A DNA stretch of 64,000 bases from Vulcanimicrobiota bacterium (GTDB taxonomy: Bacteria; Vulcanimicrobiota; Xenobia; Xenobiales; JADMJV01), in NCBI GenBank assembly GCA_050250895.1, contig JBFWNU010000001.1, forward strand, positions 1,224,008 to 1,288,007, read 5' to 3'. Positions 1-8,710 of the stretch are shown one piece after another (the first letter of the stretch is position 1; every line of letters begins with the position of its first letter). The notes under the pieces were generated by a model. The model saw only the letters and a list, made by a program, of their open reading frames with translations. It was not told the DNA's origin and searched no databases. A program made the position numbers and the translations under genes.

Positions 1-30
1 CCGGCTCAGGTGGAGATCACCGATCAATGA
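1..30 (+). CDS. 3' end of an upstream gene (truncated by the window edge)
   Basis: Open frame PAQVEITDQ ends in TGA at 28-30, overlapping the lpxC ATG (ATGA coupling). Confidence 0.5.
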   Translation, partial: PAQVEITDQ

Positions 31-851
31 GTCGGCGCCAGGCCACCCTCGAGGCTCCTTTCGAGTTGACTGGAGTGGGCGTACACACGGGCGTGGATTG
101 TCGCCTTCGCTTGCGCCCCGGTGGCGTCGACGAGGGCTTTCGCCTGATCCATCGGGGCCACACCTTTCCTGCTCACGTGCGTCTGGTCAGCGAGTGCACC
201 CGCTCCACCAAGGTCGGGTTGGCCGAGTACGCCGTCTCGACTGTAGAACATCTGCTGGCGGCCGCCGCGGCCTCTCAACTCGACAACCTGGTGATCGAGG
301 TCGAGGGCGGTGAGGTTCCCATCTTAGATGGCTCGGCGCTGCCTTTCTTTGAAGAATTCTCGCGGGCGGGCCGGGTCGAGCAGGGTAAGCCGGTCGAGCC
401 GCTCGTGCTGGATCGTCCCGTCTGGGTAGGACAGGGCGATGCCATGGTGCTGGCCCGTCCACACCATCGGCTCGAACTCGAGTACCTGATCTACTATCCC
501 CATCCTATGGTGGGTTGTCAGCAGGTGACCTTCGTCCCTGAAGAAGACAGCTTTCTAGAGCAACTGGCCCCGGCTAGAACTTTTGCGCTCTGGGAGGAGG
601 TTCAGCCTCTGTTTGAAAGTGGGCTGGCCAAAGGTGGTGACCTGAGCAACGCTCTGGTGATCTATCAAGACCGGTATTCGAGCCCTTTGCGCCTGGACGA
701 CGAGCCAGTCCGCCACAAGTGCCTCGATCTGTTGGGGGATCTGGCTCTGCTGGGTCGACCCCTGCAAGCCAGGGTCACGGCGGTTCGTGCCGGCCATCGT
801 CTGCACGTCGCCCTGGCCAGAAAGATACTTCAGGAGATTGAGCATGCTTGA
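27..851 (+). CDS. lpxC: UDP-3-O-acyl-N-acetylglucosamine deacetylase
   Basis: RQxTL..GVGVHTG N-terminus, TVEHLLAA, EVPILDGSA, APARTF, HKCLD zinc motif, GH. Confidence 0.97.
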   Translation: MSRRQATLEAPFELTGVGVHTGVDCRLRLRPGGVDEGFRLIHRGHTFPAHVRLVSECTRSTKVGLAEYAVSTVEHLLAAAAASQLDNLVIEVEGGEVPILDGSALPFFEEFSRAGRVEQGKPVEPLVLDRPVWVGQGDAMVLARPHHRLELEYLIYYPHPMVGCQQVTFVPEEDSFLEQLAPARTFALWEEVQPLFESGLAKGGDLSNALVIYQDRYSSPLRLDDEPVRHKCLDLLGDLALLGRPLQARVTAVRAGHRLHVALARKILQEIEHA

Positions 852-1266
852 CGGAATCGCCATCCAGGAGAAGATCCCCCACCGCTATCCTTTCTTTCTG
901 CTCGATGGCGTCGTTGAGCAGAGCCCCGAGCGGATCGTGGGTTTCAAGAACGTCACCGTCAACGAGCCCCACTTTCAGGGGCATTTTCCCAACGCTCCCG
1001 TCATGCCCGGTGTGTTGGTGCTCGAGGCTTTGCTGCAATTGGCCTGGGTGAAGTTCGCGGCCGAGGGCGGCATTCGACTGGCCAGGATACGTAAGCTGCG
1101 ATTCCGTCGTCCCACCGTGCCGGGTGATCGGCTCGAGCTCGAGGTGGATATCGTCTCTCGTGACGGCGATTCGGCGGAACTAAAGGTGTTGGCGCGGGTT
1201 GAAGATCAAGTCTCGGCCACCGGCTCGGTCTGGGTAAAGGTGGGTCGAGAAGTCGTTGGAGCCTAG
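844..1266 (+). CDS. fabZ: 3-hydroxyacyl-ACP dehydratase
   Basis: IPHRYPFFLLD, KNVTVNEPHFQGHFP, MPGVLVLEAL; ATG at 844 overlaps the lpxC end. Confidence 0.93.
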   Translation: MLDGIAIQEKIPHRYPFFLLDGVVEQSPERIVGFKNVTVNEPHFQGHFPNAPVMPGVLVLEALLQLAWVKFAAEGGIRLARIRKLRFRRPTVPGDRLELEVDIVSRDGDSAELKVLARVEDQVSATGSVWVKVGREVVGA

Positions 1267-1344
1267 AGAGGAAGCCCAAAGAGGACTACCAAGTCGGGCG
1301 GCGAACGTCAAGGCCAGGCTGCTTGCAGATTTTTTTTCAAGTAG

Positions 1345-1373
1345 TTGCGTGTCCCCGATGGCTGTGTTATAAA
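1345..1373 (+). promoter_or_regulatory. sigma70-type promoter for the gnnA-like/lpxA operon
   Basis: TTGCGT-17 bp-TATAAA with TG extension, preceded by a T-tract (UP-like). Confidence 0.65.
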
Positions 1374-1379
1374 CCAGTA

Positions 1380-1566
1380 AATCTGTGAGAAGAGTTTCGT
1401 GGACGCGAGGGGGTGGCGATTTGGGGTTGCCACCCCGAATGCGTAGGTCGGTAAAGCTGGGGAAAGCTTCAGCTGAACCGATGAGAACCTTGAGGCTTCC
1501 ACTCGGAAGCTCCGGAGCGTCAAGTTTCCGGCTGGCCGTTGGGCCAGGGGGAAGGAGGCATAGGTC
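1380..1566 (+). ncRNA. candidate structured 5' leader with five hairpins
   Basis: Five consecutive inverted repeats at 1403-1547 between the promoter and the AAGGAGG RBS (1552-1558). Confidence 0.4.
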
Positions 1567-2541
1567 TTGGAACCAGTTAGAGTGGGGGTTGTAGGAATTG
1601 GGAACATGGGCGTCCATCACGCTCGCGTTTACTCAGAGCTTCCTCAGACTGAGCTGGTAGGGGTAATCGATATTAACGAAGCCCGTGGTAAGCTCTGCTC
1701 CGAGCAGTACAGCACCAACTTCTCCAGCGATTACAGAAGTCTCTTTGAGCGAGAAGTTCAGGCTGTTAATATCGTCGTTCCCACCAGTTTGCATTTTCCG
1801 CTAGCGGTGGACTTTTTGCAGCATCACGTCCACGTTCTCGTCGAAAAGCCGATTACGGTGGATCTGATTCAGGCCAAGCGTCTGGTCGATCTCTCGAAGA
1901 AAAAACATTGTATCCTCCAGGTGGGTCACCTGGAGCGCTTCAATCCGGCCGTCCGTAAGCTACGCGAAGTGCTCGGGCGGCCGGTTTATCTAGAGTCAAG
2001 ACGGATCTCGTACCCGACCAACCGCAACCTGGATGTTGGGGTAGTGTGGGACCTGATGATTCACGACCTGGACATCCTCATCAACTTGGTAAAGTCGCCG
2101 GTGGTGGAGATTCACGCCATGGGCGTCTCGGTCTATTCCGACTTCGAAGATGTGGCCCAGGTTCACCTACTGTTCAAGAACGGAGTGGCGGCCAGTTTGC
2201 TGGCCTCGCGTATCAGTGGCGAAAAGCAGCGCAGTCTGAAGGTCACCGAAGACACCGGCCGCACTCTGAATCTCGACTTCATCAACCAGACGCTGCAAGC
2301 CATGCGGCCGCCCCGCAACGGACGGCCGATTCCGCCCGAGTTCTTGCCGGTGGAAAAAGATGAGCCTTTGCGCCTGGAACTATCGCACTTTGCCGATTGC
2401 GTGGCCAATCACAAGACTCCCCTGGTGACGGGTGATGACGGTAAGCGGGCCCTGGAGTTGGCGATGCAGGTCCTGGCCCGGATGAAAATGGTTAAGTCCA
2501 AGGCTCCGCTGGGTAAAGAACTGATAGCTTTGGCGGGGTAA
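1567..2541 (+). CDS. Gfo/Idh/MocA oxidoreductase, GnnA-like (putative UDP-GlcNAc 3-dehydrogenase)
   Basis: GVVGIGNMG, VEKP, VGHLERFNPA, DLMIHDLD; directly upstream of lpxA. Confidence 0.85.
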   Translation: MEPVRVGVVGIGNMGVHHARVYSELPQTELVGVIDINEARGKLCSEQYSTNFSSDYRSLFEREVQAVNIVVPTSLHFPLAVDFLQHHVHVLVEKPITVDLIQAKRLVDLSKKKHCILQVGHLERFNPAVRKLREVLGRPVYLESRRISYPTNRNLDVGVVWDLMIHDLDILINLVKSPVVEIHAMGVSVYSDFEDVAQVHLLFKNGVAASLLASRISGEKQRSLKVTEDTGRTLNLDFINQTLQAMRPPRNGRPIPPEFLPVEKDEPLRLELSHFADCVANHKTPLVTGDDGKRALELAMQVLARMKMVKSKAPLGKELIALAG

Positions 2542-2557
2542 GAGAGGAGCAGGCCGA

Positions 2558-3409
2558 ATGGCCACAATCCATCCTTCTGCACTGGTGAATCCGAAGGCGG
2601 AGATCGCTGACGATGTCGAGATCGGACCGTTCACCATCGTTGGTGAAAACGTCAAGATCGGCCGCGGCACGAAGATCCACTCTTCGGTGGTTCTCGATGG
2701 CTGGACCGAGATCGGTGAAGACAACGAGATCTATCCTGGTGCCGTTATCGGTGTCGCTCCTCAGGACCTGCGCTACAGTGGCGAGCGCGCCTACACCCGC
2801 ATCGGTCACCGCAACGTCATTCGCGAGTATGTCACCGTTCATCGCGCCTCGGACGAAGAGGGTCTGACCGCCATCGGCGATGACAACCTGATCATGGCCT
2901 ACACCCACGTGGCTCACAACTGCCTGCTGGGGAATCAGATCATCGTGGCCAATTCGGTCGGACTGGCTGGCCATGTCGAGATCGAAGATCAGGCCGTGCT
3001 GGGAGGCATGTGCGGCGTTCATCAGTTCGTGCGCGTGGGCCGGCTGGCGATGCTCGGCGGGATGGCCAAGGTCAGCCAGGATGTGCCTCCTTTTGCGATG
3101 GTCGACGGGCAACCGGCTCGCATTTTCGGCATGAACATCCGCGGCATGCAGCGGCGGGGCGTGACCAAAGAAGCCCGACTCGGTTTGAAGAATTGCTACC
3201 GGCTGATCTTGCGTTCGGGTCTGAACCTCAGCCAGGCTTTGAGCGCCGTTCGCGCCACCGTCGACAGCACGGACGAGGTGCGTCACTTGTTGAGATTTCT
3301 AGAGAGTCCCTCGCGGATGGGCGTGTGCATTCGCCAGCCCGACCACAAACGCGACAAGCAGGCCAACGGTCGGCCCCTGAAGGTCAAAGTCGAAGCCGCC
3401 GGAGGATAG
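2558..3409 (+). CDS. lpxA: acyl-ACP--UDP-GlcNAc O-acyltransferase
   Basis: Hexapeptide repeats, PQDLRY, IREYVTVHR, HVAHNC, LAGHVEI, VHQFVRVG, DVPPF. Confidence 0.97.
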   Translation: MATIHPSALVNPKAEIADDVEIGPFTIVGENVKIGRGTKIHSSVVLDGWTEIGEDNEIYPGAVIGVAPQDLRYSGERAYTRIGHRNVIREYVTVHRASDEEGLTAIGDDNLIMAYTHVAHNCLLGNQIIVANSVGLAGHVEIEDQAVLGGMCGVHQFVRVGRLAMLGGMAKVSQDVPPFAMVDGQPARIFGMNIRGMQRRGVTKEARLGLKNCYRLILRSGLNLSQALSAVRATVDSTDEVRHLLRFLESPSRMGVCIRQPDHKRDKQANGRPLKVKVEAAGG

Positions 3410-3428
3410 TGGCTCTCCCCCTTAGCTG

Positions 3429-4622
3429 ATGGCGCGAAAAATAGCGATCATGGCCGCCGAGCCTTCGGGGGATTTGCAGGGTGCGGCGCTGGCTCGCGAA
3501 CTTCGCCGACGAATCCCCTCGGTCGAACTCTTAGGAGTTGGCTGTGCCCGGTTGCGGGAGGCCGGGGTCCAGTTGATGTGTGATTCTTCCACCTGGGGGA
3601 CCATCGGTCCGAGCGAGGCGATCGCCCGCCTTCCCGCGCTTTACATGGCTTATCGCAAGATGCGCCACGTTTTGGTTCGCGAGCAGCCCGACTTGACGGT
3701 GGTCATCGATTCGCCGGCCATCCACATGCGTTTGACCGGTTATCTGCAAAGACAATCCATGCGCACTCTGTATTACTTTCCCCCCTCGGCCTGGACGCGC
3801 AACCCCAAGCGAATGCACGAGATCCACTGCCGGGTCTGCGGCGTGGTGGCCACCTTCGCCTATAACTATCAGACCTACTGTGATAACGGACTGCCAGTAG
3901 CCTACTATGGCCACCCCATGGTCGACCTGCTGGACCGGGCCCCTTCGGCGGCCGAATCGCGTCGTGCCCTGGGCCTTCCCGAAGCCCGGTATGTGGCCCT
4001 GATGCCGGGTAGCCGAACTCAGGAGGTCCGTCTATTGACGCCGATTCTGCTCGAGACGGCCCGGCGACTGAGGCGCCATCGACCGGACTTGAGGTTTCTG
4101 CTGCCGGCCGCCAGCGCCAAGATCGAGAAGCGTCTGCGCGATCTGATCGGACCCATTCCCGACTGGCTCACCCTGCTGTCGGGATCATCCCGCGAAGCTC
4201 TGCGCTGCTCTGAACTGGTGTTGATGTGCTCGGGCTCGGCCTCGCTCGAGGCGGCCGTGCTGGGGATTCCCCTGGCCATTTTTTACAAGTTCAATCAGGC
4301 CGACTATGCCCTGGCCCGCCTGCTACGCTGGCTGAATATTCTGAGGATCCAGCGCTTTGGACTGCCCAATCTGGTGCTCGACGAGGATGTCCTGCCCGAA
4401 CTGTTCCAGGATCAGGTCACTCCCGAGCGCCTCGAGCAAGAGGCCCTGCGGCTGCTCGAGCCGGGACCCTATCGTGACCACCACCTGCAACAACTGGCCC
4501 GGGTCCGTGAGGCCCTGGCTGGAGAAGGGTCCATTCCCAGGATTGCGGCCTTTGTCGACTATATCGCCCAGGGTTACGAGAGTCTGGAGGCCCTCGAGAA
4601 GGTCGATCGGGAGTTCGCCTGA
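3429..4622 (+). CDS. lpxB: lipid-A-disaccharide synthase
   Basis: AAEPSGDLQG, IDSP, PPSAW, GHP, MPGSR.QE, SGSASLE, LPNLV, ELFQ. Confidence 0.93.
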   Translation: MARKIAIMAAEPSGDLQGAALARELRRRIPSVELLGVGCARLREAGVQLMCDSSTWGTIGPSEAIARLPALYMAYRKMRHVLVREQPDLTVVIDSPAIHMRLTGYLQRQSMRTLYYFPPSAWTRNPKRMHEIHCRVCGVVATFAYNYQTYCDNGLPVAYYGHPMVDLLDRAPSAAESRRALGLPEARYVALMPGSRTQEVRLLTPILLETARRLRRHRPDLRFLLPAASAKIEKRLRDLIGPIPDWLTLLSGSSREALRCSELVLMCSGSASLEAAVLGIPLAIFYKFNQADYALARLLRWLNILRIQRFGLPNLVLDEDVLPELFQDQVTPERLEQEALRLLEPGPYRDHHLQQLARVREALAGEGSIPRIAAFVDYIAQGYESLEALEKVDREFA

Positions 4623-5785
4623 TGGAGATCATCCTGACCGCTAACTCGCCGGGCGAGGTAGGTGCCTGGGTGCGGGCTACCGTAGCCGAGCTCAAAGCCA
4701 GCCATCCCGAGGTTCGTATCACCGTGGCCCTCGTGCCCTGCCCGTTTGCCACGGGGGCCGAAGCTCGTGTGGCCGAGTCTTTGCCCGGCGTCGACCGGGT
4801 GCTGCCCCCCTGGCACACCATGCTGGGCATTCTCGGGCTGCGCCGTTTACCAGCCTTTGAACGCCCGGCGGTGGTGGGATATCTGGGCGGAGAGTTGCTC
4901 CACGCCCTGGGTCTGGGTTGGCGGCTTGGATTGCCGACGGTGGGCTATCTGGTCAAACCGTCGTTTTGGGGCCGCTATTTCACCCGGATAGGCCTGGCCC
5001 GCGCCCAGGATCAGCCAGAGATGGGTGAGCTGGCACGTTTTTGCGGCGACTTGCGGGTCGACGGGGTGCAGCGCAACCTGCCCGGGTCGCCTCGCCACCA
5101 GGGTGGACCGGTTTTGGGCCTTTTTCCGGGATCGCGGGCTATCCACATGCGGGCCACCCTGGGGGTCTATCTGCGGGCGGCCGAGCTGATCGCGCAGCGG
5201 GTGCCCGACCTGAGGGTGATATTGGCACTGTCGCCATTTGTCGACCGCGCCAGCGTGGAGGCGGCCATGGTGCGGCCGCTCCTGCCTCTGCCGGTCAGTC
5301 GCGGCGAGTTTGTCGAGGACATGCTGATGACCCAGGGGGGGTTGTCGGTTGAAGTGCTCTGGGGCAAGCCCTACGAGGCGATCGAACGCCTGGACCTGGC
5401 CCTGTGCATTCCCGGCACCAACACGGCCGAGCTGGCCTGTGCCGGTAAGCCCTTCCTGGTCACCTTGCACCCTTTGGCCCAGGTTGGGGGCGGCGGGCTG
5501 TTTGGCTTGCTGGATCGCTTGCCTCTGGGTCCGCTCAAGCCCTATCTGCGGCTGCGCAAGCAGCGACGCCTGAGATTCACCGCTTATCCCAACTATCTGG
5601 CCAACGAGATGATCGCTCCCGAGGTCCTGGTGGCAGACGATCTCTCCAATCTTTGCGACCAATCCGTGGAGTTGCTTGAGAATCAAGAACACAGGAAGAG
5701 GATTGGGACACGGCTTCAGGAAGCTATGGGCCCTCCCGGGGCCGCACGCGCCCTGGCTGAGTTGATGGTGGAGACGGTTGCATAG
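4622..5785 (+). CDS. LpxB-related GT-B glycosyltransferase
   Basis: NSPGEV, LFPGSR, PGTNTAELA, AYPNY..E.IAPE, MGPPGAA; resembles cyanobacterial LpxB-like proteins. Confidence 0.8.
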   Translation: MEIILTANSPGEVGAWVRATVAELKASHPEVRITVALVPCPFATGAEARVAESLPGVDRVLPPWHTMLGILGLRRLPAFERPAVVGYLGGELLHALGLGWRLGLPTVGYLVKPSFWGRYFTRIGLARAQDQPEMGELARFCGDLRVDGVQRNLPGSPRHQGGPVLGLFPGSRAIHMRATLGVYLRAAELIAQRVPDLRVILALSPFVDRASVEAAMVRPLLPLPVSRGEFVEDMLMTQGGLSVEVLWGKPYEAIERLDLALCIPGTNTAELACAGKPFLVTLHPLAQVGGGGLFGLLDRLPLGPLKPYLRLRKQRRLRFTAYPNYLANEMIAPEVLVADDLSNLCDQSVELLENQEHRKRIGTRLQEAMGPPGAARALAELMVETVA

Positions 5786-6359
5786 CTTTCGGGAATTTGT
5801 CTTTCGTTGGCGGGGGGGCCTGCTAGCTCCTCTGGCTCTCATTCTGTTGGTGGGGGGGCAGCCCACGCCCTCCTCGTTTGGCCTGGGGCTGTGGCTGGCC
5901 CTGATGGGCGAGAGCCTCCGTCTGTGGGCTATCGGCTACACCGGCGAGCCGACCCGTGGACAAGAACTGGAGGCCCCCGCTCTGGTCACGGCCGGGCCGT
6001 ATTCCTTGACTCGCAATCCACTTTATCTAGGGAATCTGTGCAACGGACTGGCGCTGGCTATGGCGGCTGCCGGGGGGCATACGGCTGGCGGTGCGGCTCT
6101 GCTCATCGCGATGGCCGCTTGCGGGTTGGCGTTTGTTTATGGTAGCATCATCCCGCTGGAAGAACAGTTCCTCGAGGAAAAATTTGGCCAGGTCTACCGG
6201 GAGTATAAGCAATCGGTGGCGGCCCTGATCCCCTGGAGCTTACGTTTGAAGCCTGGCTACGGCTCCTTTTCGTTGCGTCAAGCCTTGCTCTTCGAGCGAT
6301 CTTCGTTGCTATGGTGGGCCTCGATTTGGGGCATACTGTGGTTGAGGGTGGGACCGTAA
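5778..6359 (+). CDS. isoprenylcysteine carboxyl methyltransferase (ICMT/PEMT) family membrane protein
   Basis: GESLRLWA, LVTAGPYSLTRNPLYLG, EEQFLEEKFG..YREY. Confidence 0.88.
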   Translation: MHSFREFVFRWRGGLLAPLALILLVGGQPTPSSFGLGLWLALMGESLRLWAIGYTGEPTRGQELEAPALVTAGPYSLTRNPLYLGNLCNGLALAMAAAGGHTAGGAALLIAMAACGLAFVYGSIIPLEEQFLEEKFGQVYREYKQSVAALIPWSLRLKPGYGSFSLRQALLFERSSLLWWASIWGILWLRVGP

Positions 6360-6372
6360 GGAGTCGGAGTAG

Positions 6373-6873
6373 TTGAGTCGTAAGCGTCCGAAAATGGCCG
6401 GTGGGAAACGCCTACCCGGTGTCACTGCCGCCAAGAAGCCCCCTTCCAGGCGCCCCGCCAAGAAGGACACCCCTGAGGACAAGCTTCGTTTTCAGCGAAT
6501 CCTGGCCACCATCGGCTTCGGTTTCTGCGGCGCTCTAGCCGGCTTTCTTACCGGCGCCAACAAGTTGGCCACGCCTCCCCCCGAGGTGGCCGCCAACCCG
6601 TTGCTCAACCTCACCTGGATGGGGTTGACCGTGGGCTTCGAGAAGTTCCACCTGGCCCAGGGCATCGAAGGGCTGGTGCTGGGGGCGGTGATCGGCGCGA
6701 CCATGGGCTTTTCGGTTTTGATGCATCCCGGAGTCATGCTGGGATCATGGCTTGCTTCGGGCCTGCTGTTGGGCCTGGCCTGGAAATTCACCGGCAGTCT
6801 GGTAGTGGCGGCCGTGGCCTGGATGGCCGGCTTTTTGCCGTTCTTGCTGAGAGAGTTTTCTAAAGAGGAATAG
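6373..6873 (+). CDS. hypothetical membrane protein with a basic N-terminus
   Basis: K/R-rich N-terminus followed by about 4 Gly-rich hydrophobic segments; in-operon with RBS. Confidence 0.7.
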   Translation: MSRKRPKMAGGKRLPGVTAAKKPPSRRPAKKDTPEDKLRFQRILATIGFGFCGALAGFLTGANKLATPPPEVAANPLLNLTWMGLTVGFEKFHLAQGIEGLVLGAVIGATMGFSVLMHPGVMLGSWLASGLLLGLAWKFTGSLVVAAVAWMAGFLPFLLREFSKEE

Positions 6874-7586
6874 TGAGTTCGCTCACCATCGTTCACACCA
6901 ACGATCTCCACGGTTGCAGCCAACCCCTTGAGCGCCTGGCTGGCGAGGCCCGAAGTCAAGCGGTCTTGCTCGACTCGGGGGACGCGATCGCCGGTTCCAA
7001 CACGGCCTTCTATCTTCACGAACCCAACCTGGCCAGAATGTCGCAACTGGGCTACCGCGCCATGGCCATGGGAAACCGCGAGTTTCACTACTTGCGCCGG
7101 GTTCTGGCCATGCGCCGCAGGGAGCGAAACTTTCCTCTCTTGGCGGCCAACCTGGTGGACTTGCGCGGCCAGTCCCAAGGACTTTTCGAATCTCACCTAA
7201 GCCTCGAACTGGCGGGCCTGAAGCTGGCGATCTTCGGGGCTACCGTCGTTCAGTACCCGGTTGGCTCCGGCTGGGAGCGACTGACCGGCTTTCGCTTTCT
7301 CGACCCCGAGCTCTGTCTACCCCCCCTGGTCAGACGGCTGCGGGGCGACCATGACCTGGTGATCTTCTTATCCCATCTGGGTCTGGATGTCGATCGCCGG
7401 CTGGCACCACGGCTCGAGGTCGATCTGGTGCTGGGGGGCCATACCCACGATCTGCTGGAGCAGCCAGAGAAGGTCGGTCGCAGTTGGATCTTCCAGGGCG
7501 GAAGCCACGGTCGCTATTTTGGCCGGATTCACCTGGATATCGAGGACGACCTGAAGGTGGCCTACGAGCTGGTGGCCTGTTCGTGA
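6873..7586 (+). CDS. metallophosphoesterase (5'-nucleotidase/UshA N-terminal domain only)
   Basis: HTNDLHG, LDSGD, MGNREF, LSHLG, GGHTH; no signal peptide and no C-terminal nucleotidase domain. Confidence 0.88.
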   Translation: MSSLTIVHTNDLHGCSQPLERLAGEARSQAVLLDSGDAIAGSNTAFYLHEPNLARMSQLGYRAMAMGNREFHYLRRVLAMRRRERNFPLLAANLVDLRGQSQGLFESHLSLELAGLKLAIFGATVVQYPVGSGWERLTGFRFLDPELCLPPLVRRLRGDHDLVIFLSHLGLDVDRRLAPRLEVDLVLGGHTHDLLEQPEKVGRSWIFQGGSHGRYFGRIHLDIEDDLKVAYELVACS

Positions 7587-8710
7587 AGAGAGTGCTGCTG
7601 GTGTCCAACGGGGCGGGCGAGGATGCCATCGCAACCCGGGTGGCAACTCACTTCGAGGGGCTGCAGGCTGAGGCTTTGCCGCTGGTGGGGCTGGGTCAAG
7701 CCTATCAGGGCGGCTGTTCCGTAGTCGGCCCCCTGCGCCGGTTTGCCAGCGAGGGTCTGGTGCGAGAGTCGGCCGGCAACTTCCTGGCCGATCTCCGGCA
7801 GGGCCTGCTGGCCCACCACTTGCGCCAGTGGCGATTCCTTCGCTCCTGCCGCGGTCGGTATTCGGCCGTGATCGCGGTGGGCGACCTCTTTCCGGTGGTC
7901 ATGGCCGCGCTGGCCGGGCTTCGGCCACTGATTTTCGTGGGCACGGCCAAGTCGGTCTGGCATCATGCCTATTCTCGGCCCGAGCTATGGTTGCTGCGCT
8001 GGTTCACGAGCGCGAGCCTGACCCGCGACGAGCCCACCGCCGAGCAGTTGCGGGCAGCCGGGCTGAGGGCCGCCTGGGTGGGCAACGCCATGATGGACGA
8101 GTTGGCCACTACCGACCTGGAGTTGCCGCTGGCCGGGTTGCCGGGGTTGGCCATTTTTCCGGGCAGCCGTGAGGCGACCTATACCGACTTTCCCCGCCTG
8201 CTGGCGAGCTATCAGGCCCTGGTCGAGTCGGGTTGCCAGGTGCAAGCGCTGGTGGCTCTGGCCAGTTCGATCGATGCCGAGCGACTGGCGGCCACCTGCC
8301 CGGCCTGGAGCTATCGACCTGAGGGCGAGCGACTGGTGGGTCGGCTCGAGCGCTCGGGCTTTCCGCCTGTGTTGTTTTGCCGCGGGGCGCTGGGAGACAT
8401 GCTGGCCCACTGCCAGGTGGCCCTGGGTCAGGCCGGCACGGCCAACGAGCAGGCGGCCGGGGCCGGGCTGCCGGTGGTGGCCGCGGCCGAGGGCGGCGAG
8501 GCCAATCTGGGTTGGTATCGAGGGCGGCAGAAGGGTTTGCTGGGCGAGGCCCTCAAGGTGGTCGAGCCCGAGGGGGTGGTCAGCGAGTTGAGGACGCTCT
8601 TTCAGGAGCCGGACGAGCGCCAGCGCCGGGGCGAGATCGGGCGCCAGCGGATGGGCCCGCCGGGCGGTGCTCTGCGCATGGCCCGGGCCATCGAGCGGCT
8701 GGTCGAGTGA
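7583..8710 (+). CDS. lipid-A-disaccharide synthase-related protein (cyanobacterial type)
   Basis: VSNGAGED, LPLVGLG.AY, VGTAKS, VGNAMMD, FPGSR, AGTANEQ, RMGPPG; GTG start at 7583. Confidence 0.82.
   Translation: MKRVLLVSNGAGEDAIATRVATHFEGLQAEALPLVGLGQAYQGGCSVVGPLRRFASEGLVRESAGNFLADLRQGLLAHHLRQWRFLRSCRGRYSAVIAVGDLFPVVMAALAGLRPLIFVGTAKSVWHHAYSRPELWLLRWFTSASLTRDEPTAEQLRAAGLRAAWVGNAMMDELATTDLELPLAGLPGLAIFPGSREATYTDFPRLLASYQALVESGCQVQALVALASSIDAERLAATCPAWSYRPEGERLVGRLERSGFPPVLFCRGALGDMLAHCQVALGQAGTANEQAAGAGLPVVAAAEGGEANLGWYRGRQKGLLGEALKVVEPEGVVSELRTLFQEPDERQRRGEIGRQRMGPPGGALRMARAIERLVE

Noticed and set aside
1385-1594. 69 aa ORF as a leader peptide
   Set aside because: No RBS and no informative composition; better explained as structured UTR
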